Below are positions 63,830 through 64,000 of a stretch of 64,000 nucleotides of DNA, in pieces. Source of the DNA: a virus; IMG/VR virus record IMGVR_UViG_3300045912_000261, positions 32,001-96,000 of that record; one strand, 5' to 3'. A program made the position numbers and the translations under genes. Position 1 is the stretch's first letter. Each line of letters begins with the position of its first letter. The notes under the pieces are model-generated. The model made no database searches and was not told the DNA's origin. It was given only the letters and a program-made list of their open reading frames with translations.

Positions 63830-64000
63830 CCACACCCACGCTCACCGTCGGTGAGTTCGCACACAACCGCCTCGAGGAGCTACTGGACGCCGAGCTCCAG
63901 CAGGCCGTGGGGGACGGCGACTCCTCCACGCTCGCGATGCACGCCCCTCGAGCAATCCGCGCAGTCGCCACGGAGATCACGGTGTGCTACGGCATCCCGT
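63826..64000 (+). CDS. Hypothetical protein (3'-truncated by window edge)
   Basis: GAAAGGAGG RBS, GTGA overlap, and open to the end of the window. Confidence 0.65.
   Translation, partial: MTTPTLTVGEFAHNRLEELLDAELQQAVGDGDSSTLAMHAPRAIRAVATEITVCYGIP

Noticed and set aside
1-64000. Prophage boundaries, tRNA genes or a diversity-generating retroelement
   Set aside because: I saw no integrase, att-like junction, host housekeeping context, cloverleaf, reverse transcriptase or adenine-specific TR/VR pair. A tRNAscan run would be needed to exclude tRNAs fully.

Overview
The window is about 64 kb of a high-GC tailed phage with a contractile tail (myovirus-type). No integrase, CRISPR array, rRNA or tRNA was recognised. 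The left arm (+, 1-13.6 kb) carries nucleotide-metabolism, modification and replication genes: HPRT, a SigH-like sigma factor, dUTPase, FolE, a nucleotide kinase, a TGT/DpdA-like TIM barrel, a UDG-PolA fusion, a macrodomain, a secreted transglycosylase and a dNMP kinase. The right arm (-, 13.7-62.5 kb) is a complete morphogenesis and lysis region: TerS-like, two HNH genes, TerL, portal, a giant multidomain head-associated protein, protease/scaffold, major capsid protein, neck, sheath, tube, a frameshifted tail chaperone, tape measure, baseplate, several fibres/spikes, endolysin and holin. A divergent early-type region starts at about 63 kb. The most unusual signals are four. (1) A translationally coupled tandem array of eight 43-68 aa microproteins, plus two dispersed members, that differ in sequence but all end in D-W-F-stop, directly upstream of the DNA polymerase. 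(2) A ~20-bp DNA motif (GRTAGGAYTRGGTGCC(C)GAGT) in about 17 copies, almost all on the + strand regardless of gene direction, often in-frame inside proteins. (3) A 308-nt tract with no cytosine on the + strand between the divergent arms. (4) A TerL with an apparently inactivated second nuclease domain. Family assignments come from motif recognition by eye, not database searches.
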